Positions 31,670 to 40,243 of a stretch of 64,000 nucleotides of DNA are shown in pieces. Source of the DNA: Halococcoides cellulosivorans (GTDB taxonomy: Archaea; Halobacteriota; Halobacteria; Halobacteriales; Haloarculaceae); assembly GCF_003058365.1 (NCBI RefSeq), contig NZ_CP028858.1:1846836-1910835 (forward strand). The letters are read 5' to 3'. Positions within the stretch are counted from its first letter, which is position 1. Every line of letters starts with the position of its first letter. The translations under genes were made by a program, and so were the position numbers. The notes below the pieces were generated by a model. That model was not told where the DNA came from, searched no databases, and saw only the letters and a list, made by a program, of their open reading frames with translations.

Positions 31670-31690
31670 CGTTTCATCTACTTTTTTGTG
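31670..31690 (+). terminator. Oligo-T archaeal terminator after rps7
   Basis: cgtttcatctacttttttgtg T6 tract about 130 bp after the S7 stop. Confidence 0.4.
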
Positions 31691-31712
31691 ATCTGATGGT
31701 ATAGCAAAAATC

Positions 31713-32288
31713 ATGAATCCACTCTTCCTGGCGGGGATCCCAGACATCGCGTTCTGGGGCAGTCTCGGCGTCGCTGCACTGGTCGCCATCGTCGTCCCTC
31801 AGTCGCTCGCCATCATCGAAACCCACGAGAACGGTGCAGTGTTCGTCCTCGGACGCTACAGACGGATCCTCGACCCCGGAGTCCACCTCGTCGTCCCCTT
31901 CGTCAGCACCGTCGAGCGAATAGATATGCGGATGCAAACACTCGAATTCGAGGAGATCGAGGCACGGACCCAGGATAGCTGCGAGATCTCCCTCGACGCA
32001 TCGGTGTATTTCGTGGTCAGCGACCCCGAGGCCGCAGTGACCGAGATTCCAGACACTGACGACAGTGTGGCTGCCATCGCGGAGACGTGCGTGCGGTCGG
32101 TCCTGGGTGAGCACACCGGTGAGACGGTGGCCACCGATCCAGTCAGCATTCAGGAGGCCGTGCTCGACGAACTCGACGATGCGATCGTCGACTGGGGCTT
32201 CGACGCGGAACACGTCGAGATCGAGAACGTCGACGTCGAGCAACTCGTCGTCGACCGCGTTCCAGTCACGGAATCGGACGACGACTGA
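31713..32288 (+). CDS. SPFH/band-7 (stomatin/prohibitin-like) protein
   Basis: N-terminal TM followed by an SPFH core (VFVLGRYRRILDPGVHLVVPFV...). Confidence 0.8.
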   Translation: MNPLFLAGIPDIAFWGSLGVAALVAIVVPQSLAIIETHENGAVFVLGRYRRILDPGVHLVVPFVSTVERIDMRMQTLEFEEIEARTQDSCEISLDASVYFVVSDPEAAVTEIPDTDDSVAAIAETCVRSVLGEHTGETVATDPVSIQEAVLDELDDAIVDWGFDAEHVEIENVDVEQLVVDRVPVTESDDD

Positions 32289-32326
32289 TCGAACACGATC
32301 GAGTGATAGAGGGGCCTCCCGAGGCC

Positions 32327-33322
32327 TCAGGCGTCGGTGAGTTCGAGTCCGCGAACCTCGACGGCAGGTTCGCCCGCCTCGACCGTCCCGATCACGCGCC
32401 CGTCTGTGTCGGCGGCGAGCCCATCGGCCTCGTCGGGCGCGACCGCCGCGACGAAGCCCGTCCCCATGTTGAACGTCCGGTGCATCTCGGCGTCGCTGAC
32501 CGAGCCAGCGTCCTGAATGACCTCGTAGATCGGCTGAGCCTCGAACGGATCGTCGACCTCGTAGCGATGGTCACCCATCCGGAGGAGGTTCCGCCAGCCA
32601 CCGCCGGTGACGTGGGCCGCGGCGTGGGTCTCGGCCCCGCGGAGGGGCACGAGCAGGTCGGCGTAGATCCGCGTCGGTTCGAGGAGCACTTCACCAATCG
32701 TCCGGTCGGGATCGAACGGGGCGGGGTCGTCGTAGGCGTACCCACCGGGCCCGGTGAGCGCTTCGCGAGCGAGTGTCAGGCCGTTGGAGTGCACGCCACT
32801 CGACGGCCAGGCGACGATCCGATCGCCGGGTTCGGCCGCGCCGGGGAAGAGGGTGCCCTCGGGCGCGAGGCCGACACACGCGCCCGCGAGGTCGTACCCC
32901 CGAATGACCTCCGGGAGGACCGCCGTCTCGCCGCCGACGAGTGCGACGCCCGCCTGCTCGGCCCCCGTCTGGAGGCCCTGGCCAATCTCGGCGGTGAGCG
33001 CGTCGTCGGGATCCTCCAGGGCGAGATAGTCGACGAAGGCGACGGGGTCGATCCCCTGGGCGAGCAAGTCGTTGACGTTCATCGCGATGCAGTCGATGCC
33101 GATCGTCGAGTGGTCGTCGACGGCTGCAGCGACGAGCAGTTTCGTGCCGACGCCGTCGGTCGCCAGCGCGAGATGGCGATCACCCAGGTCGATCAGGCCC
33201 GCGAAATCGCCCTCGAAATCGCCGGTCGCCGCGACGAGTGCCGCCGTCGCGGCCTCGCTATCGGCGATGTCGACGCCCGCCTCGCTGTAGGTCAACCCCT
33301 CCTCGGTGTCCTCGGTGGTCAT
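32327..33322 (-). CDS. purM: Phosphoribosylformylglycinamidine cyclo-ligase (AIR synthetase)
   Basis: AYSEAGVDI..., LATDGVGTKL, HVTGGG motifs. Confidence 0.9.
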   Translation of the reverse strand: MTTEDTEEGLTYSEAGVDIADSEAATAALVAATGDFEGDFAGLIDLGDRHLALATDGVGTKLLVAAAVDDHSTIGIDCIAMNVNDLLAQGIDPVAFVDYLALEDPDDALTAEIGQGLQTGAEQAGVALVGGETAVLPEVIRGYDLAGACVGLAPEGTLFPGAAEPGDRIVAWPSSGVHSNGLTLAREALTGPGGYAYDDPAPFDPDRTIGEVLLEPTRIYADLLVPLRGAETHAAAHVTGGGWRNLLRMGDHRYEVDDPFEAQPIYEVIQDAGSVSDAEMHRTFNMGTGFVAAVAPDEADGLAADTDGRVIGTVEAGEPAVEVRGLELTDA

Positions 33323-33369
33323 ACCCCAGCGAGGGGGCCGACTGCACAAAGGACCACCGTTTGACCGCC

Positions 33370-34530
33370 TCAGAAGAAATCGCGGAGGAACACGCGTTCG
33401 GTCGGCAGCCAGCGATCCAGCACGTCGAGAGCCGACCGGTTGGTGACGTCGATTCGATCACGCCGGGCAACGGTCGCGGGGCGGTGGGCCCCGACGACGA
33501 TGGCCGAGAGCGCCCGGACGCCCATCGTGAGTTCGGGCTCTTCGGTGGTCGGCTCGGCGCGCAGGTGCCCATCCGCTGGCGTGAGCGCGACGGTCGTTCG
33601 GTCCTCGGTCAGCGGATCGGAGACTGCGAGGACGACCCGCCCGTCGGCGTCCGGGCAGGGCAGTCCGTCGAGGGCCGCCACGGGATCGGTCACCCGCACC
33701 ATCGGTCCGGGCGCACAGGTGGACTCGATCGCGTCGGGACGCTCGACCATCGCGAACAGGTCGGTCTCGGCGGGCCGCTCGAAGCGCACGCGATCGATCT
33801 GGGGGCCGTGTCGCCCGAGAAAGCCCAGGAGCGCGCGATAAGCCCGGTGGTCGACGGCGTCGAGCGTCGCCACGTCGATCACGCCGTCCCTGACCTCGTA
33901 GGCGACGACGCCCGCGGGCGACCCGTCCCGGTCGTACCGATAGACGTGGCGGCGCTCGTCCCCGAACCGCCGGAAGACGCGCTCGCGCCACCACTGCTCG
34001 GTGCGATCGATCGCGAGCGTCTCCCCCGCGCCCGCGCGCCGCCCCACCGGCGCCACCGTCGCCCAGTCGTCGGGATCGATCGGCTGGACCCGGCCCGCCC
34101 CGTCGTCGAGGGTGGCCAGGACCGACGGCGGACAGTCGTAGGTCGTCATCGCCGTGGCCGTCGCCCACCCGAGCCGGCGATAGAACGCCGTCTCGAACGG
34201 CCAGAGCGCGACGATCGCGACGTCGTCGCCGGCGAACGACGCGACCGCCGCAGCGAGCAGGCGACGGGCGTGGCCCACACCGCGGTGCTCGGGTGGCGTC
34301 GCGACCCCGCCCAGACCGCCCAGCGTGACCCACGCCCCCCGAACACGGGCGTCGAAGCGGTACTCGATATCGACGCTGGAGAGCGTCTCGTCGACGAGTG
34401 CGACGCGTCGGCCCACCGCGTCGCTGCCGACCGACTCGACAGTGGGACCGGCCCCCGGGTCGAAGGCGTACTGCAGGATCTGATCGAACCGGGCGCGTTC
34501 GTCGGATGCGATCTGGCGATACTCGGACAT
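33370..34530 (-). CDS. Eis-like GNAT N-acetyltransferase with C-terminal SCP2-like domain
   Basis: GNAT core (RGVGHARRLL) and three-domain Eis architecture, about 390 aa. Confidence 0.6.
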   Translation of the reverse strand: MSEYRQIASDERARFDQILQYAFDPGAGPTVESVGSDAVGRRVALVDETLSSVDIEYRFDARVRGAWVTLGGLGGVATPPEHRGVGHARRLLAAAVASFAGDDVAIVALWPFETAFYRRLGWATATAMTTYDCPPSVLATLDDGAGRVQPIDPDDWATVAPVGRRAGAGETLAIDRTEQWWRERVFRRFGDERRHVYRYDRDGSPAGVVAYEVRDGVIDVATLDAVDHRAYRALLGFLGRHGPQIDRVRFERPAETDLFAMVERPDAIESTCAPGPMVRVTDPVAALDGLPCPDADGRVVLAVSDPLTEDRTTVALTPADGHLRAEPTTEEPELTMGVRALSAIVVGAHRPATVARRDRIDVTNRSALDVLDRWLPTERVFLRDFF

Positions 34531-34646
34531 GGACTCATCACGAATTTCCCCGAAAAAGAGCCTGTCGACGCCGGTTCGACCGGTCAGCGTGTCGTTCGCT
34601 CAGCCCCGCCACAACGCCCAAGACCCGTGAGACCGTATGTCACGAT

Positions 34647-34919
34647 ATGGAGTCGGCCTGGACCTGGATCCTGGTCTACGTGCTGGCCTTTGGGGTCTTC
34701 CAGTACGTCATGTACCGATACCTCCAGCGCGAGGACCAGGTCGGGCAGGCAGTGCCGGACACCCCCGACGGGGCCGCACCGCCATCGCCCGAGCCACGGC
34801 CGGGTGACGACCCAGACCTCGTCCGGTGTCCGAGTTGTGGCACGTCGAACGAGGCCGTCGGCACGTTCCGATACTGCCGGGACTGTCTCTCGGAGTTACC
34901 CCGAGGCTATCGGCGCTGA
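34647..34919 (+). CDS. Small membrane protein with C-terminal zinc ribbon
   Basis: One TM (WILVYVLAFGVFQYVMY) then CPSCG...CRDC. 46 bp upstream of the kaiC-like gene. Confidence 0.55.
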   Translation: MESAWTWILVYVLAFGVFQYVMYRYLQREDQVGQAVPDTPDGAAPPSPEPRPGDDPDLVRCPSCGTSNEAVGTFRYCRDCLSELPRGYRR

Positions 34920-34964
34920 GAATCACCGGGAAACGTTCATCCCCCTCTCGGAGCAATCACCGGC

Positions 34965-35651
34965 ATGCGCGTTTCGAGTGGCGTCCCCGGGTTCGACGAC
35001 CTCGTCCAAGGGGGGCTATTGACCGAACGGCTCTACGTCGTGAGCGGGCCACCGGGCAGCGGGAAGACCACCTTCTCGACCATGTTCATCATGGAAGGGG
35101 CCCGATCGGGCGAGAACTGCCTCTACGTGACGATGCACGAGACCGAAGAGGAACTCGTTCAGGACATGGCGGGGTTCGACTTCGGGTTCGAGAAGGCCGT
35201 CCAGTCGGATGCGATCCGATTTCTGAACCTCGTGACCGAGCAAGGGAAACGCGAGATCACGCAGTTCGGCTCCGACGGCGGCCTGACCAACCGGCTGGTG
35301 GGGTACATCGAGGCCAACGACGTCGACCGCGCGGTCATCGACTCGACGATGTTGCTCCAGCACTTCCTCTCGGACGCCAGCGACGAGATCACCGGCTTTC
35401 TGTCCGCGCTGAAACAGACCGACGCGACGATCGTGTTGATCTCGGAGATGACCGATCCGTCGGCGTACTCCGACGAGCACTACCTGGCTCACGGCGTGAT
35501 CTTCTTTCACAACTACCTCGAATCGGGCGGGATGACCCGTGGGATCCAGGTGATCAAGATGCGCGGGACCGCGATCGACTGTGACATCCACTCCATCGAG
35601 TTCACCGATCGCGGCCTCGTCGTCCATCCCGGGGAGAAGATCCGGGACTGA
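34965..35651 (+). CDS. KaiC-like / RecA-superfamily ATPase (single domain; signal-transduction type)
   Basis: GGL..ERLYVVSGPPGSGKTTFS Walker A, Walker B VIDS, and KaiC-like fold. Confidence 0.85.
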   Translation: MRVSSGVPGFDDLVQGGLLTERLYVVSGPPGSGKTTFSTMFIMEGARSGENCLYVTMHETEEELVQDMAGFDFGFEKAVQSDAIRFLNLVTEQGKREITQFGSDGGLTNRLVGYIEANDVDRAVIDSTMLLQHFLSDASDEITGFLSALKQTDATIVLISEMTDPSAYSDEHYLAHGVIFFHNYLESGGMTRGIQVIKMRGTAIDCDIHSIEFTDRGLVVHPGEKIRD

Positions 35652-35653
35652 CC

Positions 35654-36070
35654 ATGTCGCTGTACGACCGAACCTACGGCACCGACTGGGACGACCTCGA
35701 CCGGGAAAGCGTGATCGCGCGCGCGTTCGCGCTGGGCGTCGACGAGGCACTGGGCAATCCGAACCCCGAAGAGCGCGAGAGACTCGTCGAGACCATGGGG
35801 TCGGCCTACGATCGCAGCGTCGTCGATCTGGCCTACCAAGAGGGGCTGAAGAAGGCCTCGAACCGGACGCCGACCGGCGAGACCGACGAGAGATCCGTCT
35901 GGCGTGATCTCGTCGACGGCGACAGCGACGACCCCGTCGACGTCCCGCCGGACCCCACCGAGGGCGGGCGGACGTCGCTACCCTCCGCACTCTCCTCGAT
36001 CGAGGCGCTCGAACGCAAGGCCGAGGACAGTCGAGACTCCCTCCAGCGACCGGAGTTTCTCGACGGGTGA
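35654..36070 (+). CDS. Acidic hypothetical protein, translationally coupled to the KaiC-like ATPase
   Basis: Its ATG lies 3 nt after the KaiC-like stop. D/E-rich with no recognisable domain. Confidence 0.55.
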   Translation: MSLYDRTYGTDWDDLDRESVIARAFALGVDEALGNPNPEERERLVETMGSAYDRSVVDLAYQEGLKKASNRTPTGETDERSVWRDLVDGDSDDPVDVPPDPTEGGRTSLPSALSSIEALERKAEDSRDSLQRPEFLDG

Positions 36071-36114
36071 ACGACGAACGAAGGGGCTATGCGCCCAGGG
36101 ACCAAACATCTGGT

Positions 36115-36261
36115 ATGCAGTGTCATTACTGCGATCGGGAGGCGGACATCGCCGTCGAGAAAGACGGCATCCGGGTGGGCGTCTGCGAGGAGCATTTCCG
36201 CGAGCAGATCGACCGCCTCGAAGACCAGGACCTCCTCTCGGAAGTCGATCCGACCGAGTGA
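36115..36261 (+). CDS. Small zinc-ribbon protein (C-x2-C...C-x2-H); alternative GTG start at 36067
   Basis: MQCHYCDREADIAVEKDGIRVGVCEEHF. Follows the cassette in the same orientation. Confidence 0.4.
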   Translation: MQCHYCDREADIAVEKDGIRVGVCEEHFREQIDRLEDQDLLSEVDPTE

Positions 36262-36852
36262 TCAGACCACTGTGGTCACGATCGCCATCGCCGTCGCCGC
36301 CGCCGGCGCGATGGTGAGATTGTCGTCGATGACGTATCCTCGAACCGTCGGTTTGAGGCCGTCGGCCGCGGTCGCGGCGAGTGCGCCGGCGATCGCAGTC
36401 GTCGAAGGCACGAACGGCCAGGCCAGTCCGACACAGATCAAAAAGACGAGTGCGAGGACGGGGCCGGATTTCCGCCCCGGCGTACTCGACCGACTCACGA
36501 TCCCGCTGACGGGATCACCGATCGTCAACATGAGCATGGCAGGCACGGCCACGCGCGGGTCGAACGCGACTGCCGTGATCGCCATCCCGATCGCAAAGAG
36601 CGCGTAGCCCGCGAGGTTGTCGGCCTCGTAGGGCCGCGTCAGGTAATCGAAGATTCGCCAGTCCAGCCCGACCAGCAGGCGGACCGTCTCCAGCGCGAGT
36701 GCGCCGACGAGCATCACGATCACCAGGACGCGAATCGCCTGCCAGCCGACCTCCGCGACGAGCAGATAGCCGATGGGGATCGCACTCCCGGTGGCGTGGA
36801 CCGCCCGCCGCGCGATCGATCGGTCGGTCAGCGCGTCGACGACCCGATTCAC
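36262..36852 (-). CDS. Integral membrane protein, polyprenol/dolichol kinase-like (COG0170-like), tentative
   Basis: 6 TM, with a cytidylyltransferase/dolichol-kinase-like C-terminal motif. Immediately downstream of glyS on the same strand. Confidence 0.4.
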   Translation of the reverse strand: MNRVVDALTDRSIARRAVHATGSAIPIGYLLVAEVGWQAIRVLVIVMLVGALALETVRLLVGLDWRIFDYLTRPYEADNLAGYALFAIGMAITAVAFDPRVAVPAMLMLTIGDPVSGIVSRSSTPGRKSGPVLALVFLICVGLAWPFVPSTTAIAGALAATAADGLKPTVRGYVIDDNLTIAPAAATAMAIVTTVV

Positions 36853-36854
36853 CG

Positions 36855-38624
36855 TTACAGCTCCTCGAAGGACTGCTCGCCGTCACGAAGCCCGACGAGC
36901 ACCGCGTCGAGCTCGTCGATCGGAACGCGCACCTGGTCGGTGCTCGACCGATCCCGGACCGTGACGGTGTCGTCCTCGCTGGTCTCGTAGTCGACGGTCA
37001 CACAGTAGGGCGTCCCGATCTCGTCCTGACGACGGTAGCGTCGCCCGATCGCGCCCGAATCGTCGTAGGCGACCGCCAGGCCCGCCGCCCGGAGGTCCTC
37101 GACGATCGCACGCGCGCGGTCGTCCAGGCCGTCGGCGTCCATCAGCGGGAACACCGCGACCGTCGTCGGCGCGACCCGTGCCGGCAGTTCGAGGACGGTC
37201 CGTTCCTCGCCATCGATTTCGTCTTCGGTGAGAGAGTGATCGATCACGGTGTACAGCGCCCGGTCGATCCCGAGCGACGGTTCGATCACCTGCGGGTGGA
37301 CGTGCTCGCCCGACTCGGTGACCGTCTCGCGGGCAAAGCCCGTCGCCTCGATCGGCACGTCGAACGCCTCGTCCTCGACGGTGACGGTGATCGCCTCGCC
37401 CGGATCGACGGCCTCGAACGCCGCGGGATCGTCGGCCGCGCGGGCTTCGAGCGCGTCAGCGATCGCGGCGGCCGACCCACCGAACTCCGGGCCGAGCACG
37501 CTCATGTCCGGGTCGACCGTCGCGCGCTCGATCTCGCGAGGCTCGTCGTAGGCCTCGAAGACCGTAAAGGCCTCACCGGAGTGGGCCTCGTGTTTGTCGA
37601 GGTCGTAGCTCCCGCGGTCCGCGAACCCACCGAGTTCGATCCAGTTGCCGTCGATCTCGCTCTCGGCGTCCCAGCAGTCGCTGGCGTAGTGGGCACGCTC
37701 GCCCGCGCGGTGCTGACGGAATCGGAACCGATCCATATCGACGCCAATCGACCGATACCACTCCGCGGCGACGCCGAGATAGTACGCGATCCAGGGGTCG
37801 GCGACGATCCCCTCCGCGTGGGCCTCGGCGATCGTCAACTCGCGGACGGCCCCCTCGGCCGATCGATCGCCGTCCTCGACGGCGGCCTGGGCCTCGGCGG
37901 AATAGAACGGGGCCGTCACGTCCGCGACCGCATCGAGATCGGGGCCGTCACCCGATGGGTGGACGAACAGTTCGAGTTCGGCCTGGGTGAACTCCCGGAC
38001 GCGGATCAACGATCGTCGGGGGCTGATCTCGTTGCGGTAGGCCCGGCCGATCTGGGCGACGCCGAAGGGCAGTTGCCCACGTGCGTACTCGGCGAGTTGA
38101 GGAAACTCCACGAAGATGCCCTGGGCAGTCTCGGGGCGGAGATAGCCGGGATCGCTGGATCCCGGGCCGATCTGGGTCTCGAACATCAGATTGAACGGTT
38201 CGATCGCCTGGTCAGCGAGACCCGTCCCGCAGGTCGGACACGCGAGTTCGAGTTCGGCGACGATCCCCTCCATGCGCTCGATCGGCAGCGACTCGGCGTC
38301 TTCGCGGTCGGTGTGGTCCTCGATGAGGTGATCGGCGCGATGCGAACGCCCACACTCGGGGCACTCGATCAGCGTGTCGGCAAACCCGTCGAGGTGTCCC
38401 GAGGCCTCGAAGACGGGTTCGGGCAACACCGTCGGCGCGTCGACGGTCATGTGGCCCTCGGCGACGACGAACCGATCGCGCCAGGTGGCTTCGAGGTTGG
38501 TCTTGAGCGGTTCGCCCCGCGGACCGAACGTGTAGAATCCGGAGACACCGCCGTAGACCTCGCCCGTCGGGACGAAAAAGCCGCGCCGCTTGGCGAGTTC
38601 GATCACCGCCTCGCTGTCGGCCAT
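36855..38624 (-). CDS. glyS: Glycyl-tRNA synthetase (archaeal/eukaryotic alpha2 type)
   Basis: Class II aaRS motifs, zinc ribbon CPECG, and a C-terminal anticodon-binding domain. Confidence 0.95.
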   Translation of the reverse strand: MADSEAVIELAKRRGFFVPTGEVYGGVSGFYTFGPRGEPLKTNLEATWRDRFVVAEGHMTVDAPTVLPEPVFEASGHLDGFADTLIECPECGRSHRADHLIEDHTDREDAESLPIERMEGIVAELELACPTCGTGLADQAIEPFNLMFETQIGPGSSDPGYLRPETAQGIFVEFPQLAEYARGQLPFGVAQIGRAYRNEISPRRSLIRVREFTQAELELFVHPSGDGPDLDAVADVTAPFYSAEAQAAVEDGDRSAEGAVRELTIAEAHAEGIVADPWIAYYLGVAAEWYRSIGVDMDRFRFRQHRAGERAHYASDCWDAESEIDGNWIELGGFADRGSYDLDKHEAHSGEAFTVFEAYDEPREIERATVDPDMSVLGPEFGGSAAAIADALEARAADDPAAFEAVDPGEAITVTVEDEAFDVPIEATGFARETVTESGEHVHPQVIEPSLGIDRALYTVIDHSLTEDEIDGEERTVLELPARVAPTTVAVFPLMDADGLDDRARAIVEDLRAAGLAVAYDDSGAIGRRYRRQDEIGTPYCVTVDYETSEDDTVTVRDRSSTDQVRVPIDELDAVLVGLRDGEQSFEEL

Positions 38625-38625
38625 C

Positions 38626-39471
38626 CTACGCGGCCTCCAGCAGGTGAATGTCCCGGACGATGCCCACGAGGTCGTCGCCGCTGACCAGCGGCAACTGTTC
38701 GATCTCGTTGCCGACGAGCAGTTGGGCGGCCTCGGTGACCGACCGGCGGCCCCCGACGCTGATCGGGTCGGCGGTCATGAACTCCTCGACGGGCCCGTCG
38801 GGGAACTCGACGTTTCGGGTGGGCATGTAGCGGTTGCCGACGGCCTTGATGCCCTCCCACATCCACTCGTCGTCCTGGTTGGCGATCGACTCGCCGGTGT
38901 CGGCCTCGCCCTCGACGACTTCAGCGACCGCGAGCACGTCGACTTCGGTGAGGATGCCACACATCTCGCCCGCGTCGTCGAGGACGATGCCGTAGGGCAC
39001 CTCCGCGTAGGAGAGTTCGCGCTCACCGACCGCCAGGGGTGCGCCCGCGTAGACGGTGTTGACTTCGCCAGCGGCGACGTCACCGACGGTAGCGTCGACT
39101 TCGAGGTCGCCGTCGGCCATCGCGCGCAACACGTCCGTGACGGTGACGATGCCCTCGAACTCACCGTCGACGACCGGAATCCGGCGCTCGCCCGTCTCGG
39201 CCATCAACTGGGCGACCTCTCGGAGGTCCGAATCGGCGGTCGTCGTGGGCACCTCCTCGACGAGCAAGGCGAGTTGGTCCTCGTCGGGCTGGTCGATCAG
39301 CGCGTCGCGGGTGACGATCCCGCGAAACTCTTCGCCCTCGTCGGTCGGTTTGATCACGGGCACCGAAGAGAACAGGTCTTCCTGGAGCGCTTCGAGGACG
39401 TCCGTCCTCGTCCCGGGAAGTTCGGCCATCACGACCGACTCTCGTGGAGTCATGGCGTCGGCAACGATCAT
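38626..39471 (-). CDS. CBS-domain protein (four CBS motifs)
   Basis: Repeated CBS pairs (VPV..., GIVT..D.L). Confidence 0.8.
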   Translation of the reverse strand: MIVADAMTPRESVVMAELPGTRTDVLEALQEDLFSSVPVIKPTDEGEEFRGIVTRDALIDQPDEDQLALLVEEVPTTTADSDLREVAQLMAETGERRIPVVDGEFEGIVTVTDVLRAMADGDLEVDATVGDVAAGEVNTVYAGAPLAVGERELSYAEVPYGIVLDDAGEMCGILTEVDVLAVAEVVEGEADTGESIANQDDEWMWEGIKAVGNRYMPTRNVEFPDGPVEEFMTADPISVGGRRSVTEAAQLLVGNEIEQLPLVSGDDLVGIVRDIHLLEAA

Positions 39472-39592
39472 GAAAACAGGTCTCGTGGGGGACAGTAAGT
39501 CCTTTTCCTTCGGCGCCCCCGCGGCGCACTCCCGTGAGGACTCACGGACCGGAGTCGCTACGTTTATGTATGAGTGTGACTAACATGGAAGT

Positions 39593-39763
39593 ATGTCGCA
39601 GGAGACCGACGCCATTGCGACGTCCGTTGCTGAGGACCCCGAGGTCATGGCCTCAGTCGAGCACGGCCGCCAGGACACGTTCATCCTCGCCGACGTAACC
39701 TGTGACGACGCCTATCTGACGGTGCCGCTCGAATCGGCCGCGGCGCTGCCCGAGTGGCGCTGA
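39593..39763 (+). CDS. Small acidic hypothetical protein (56 aa)
   Basis: MSQETDAIATSVAEDPEVMASVEHGRQDTFILADVTCDDAYLTVPLESAAALPEWR; haloarchaeal-like composition, AT-rich upstream. Below the ORF-track length cutoff. Confidence 0.35.
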   Translation: MSQETDAIATSVAEDPEVMASVEHGRQDTFILADVTCDDAYLTVPLESAAALPEWR

Positions 39764-39897
39764 ATCGAGTGTTCGTTCGACGGAATTGCGAGTTGTGCCC
39801 GGACAGTTCCGATACCCGTTTGGTCCGGCAGTTCACCAGACCGGAGACTCACGAGATTAGCGACTGATCGATTCGAACGAGCGGAAGAATTGGGGAG

Positions 39898-39968
39898 TGC
39901 GCTGGCCGAGATTTGAACTCGGGTTAGGACCGTGGCAGGGTCCTGTGATACCACTACACTACCAGCGC
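39898..39968 (-). tRNA. tRNA-Gly (GCC)
   Basis: Reverse complement: GCGCUGG acceptor, GGACC-CUGCCAC-GGUCC anticodon arm (GCC), CCGAG-UUCAAAU-CUCGG T-arm, CCAGCGC + A. 71 nt. Confidence 0.85.
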
Positions 39969-40243
39969 CCTGTTGCAATTTACCGTTTGCGCTTATCGCA
40001 TTAAGACTTGTGAATCGCCCGGCGGCGTTCGGCCAATATGAGGCACATCAATAAAATATCGTCTCTCACGTGCGTACGACGCGCGTGGTAGCGACCCCAG
40101 CCCGATGGACGACACCCAGTTCGTGACGTGCCGACAGTCCTGGTCGAAAAAGCACCGGAACGGATACGAGCCGGCGTCTCACTGTCCCGACCCATATTTT
40201 AGGAATTAGAAACAACTAAAAGACCGACCGAACATTCCATCCT

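Noticed and set aside
36699-38684. 661-aa plus-strand ORF
   Set aside because: Antisense to glyS.
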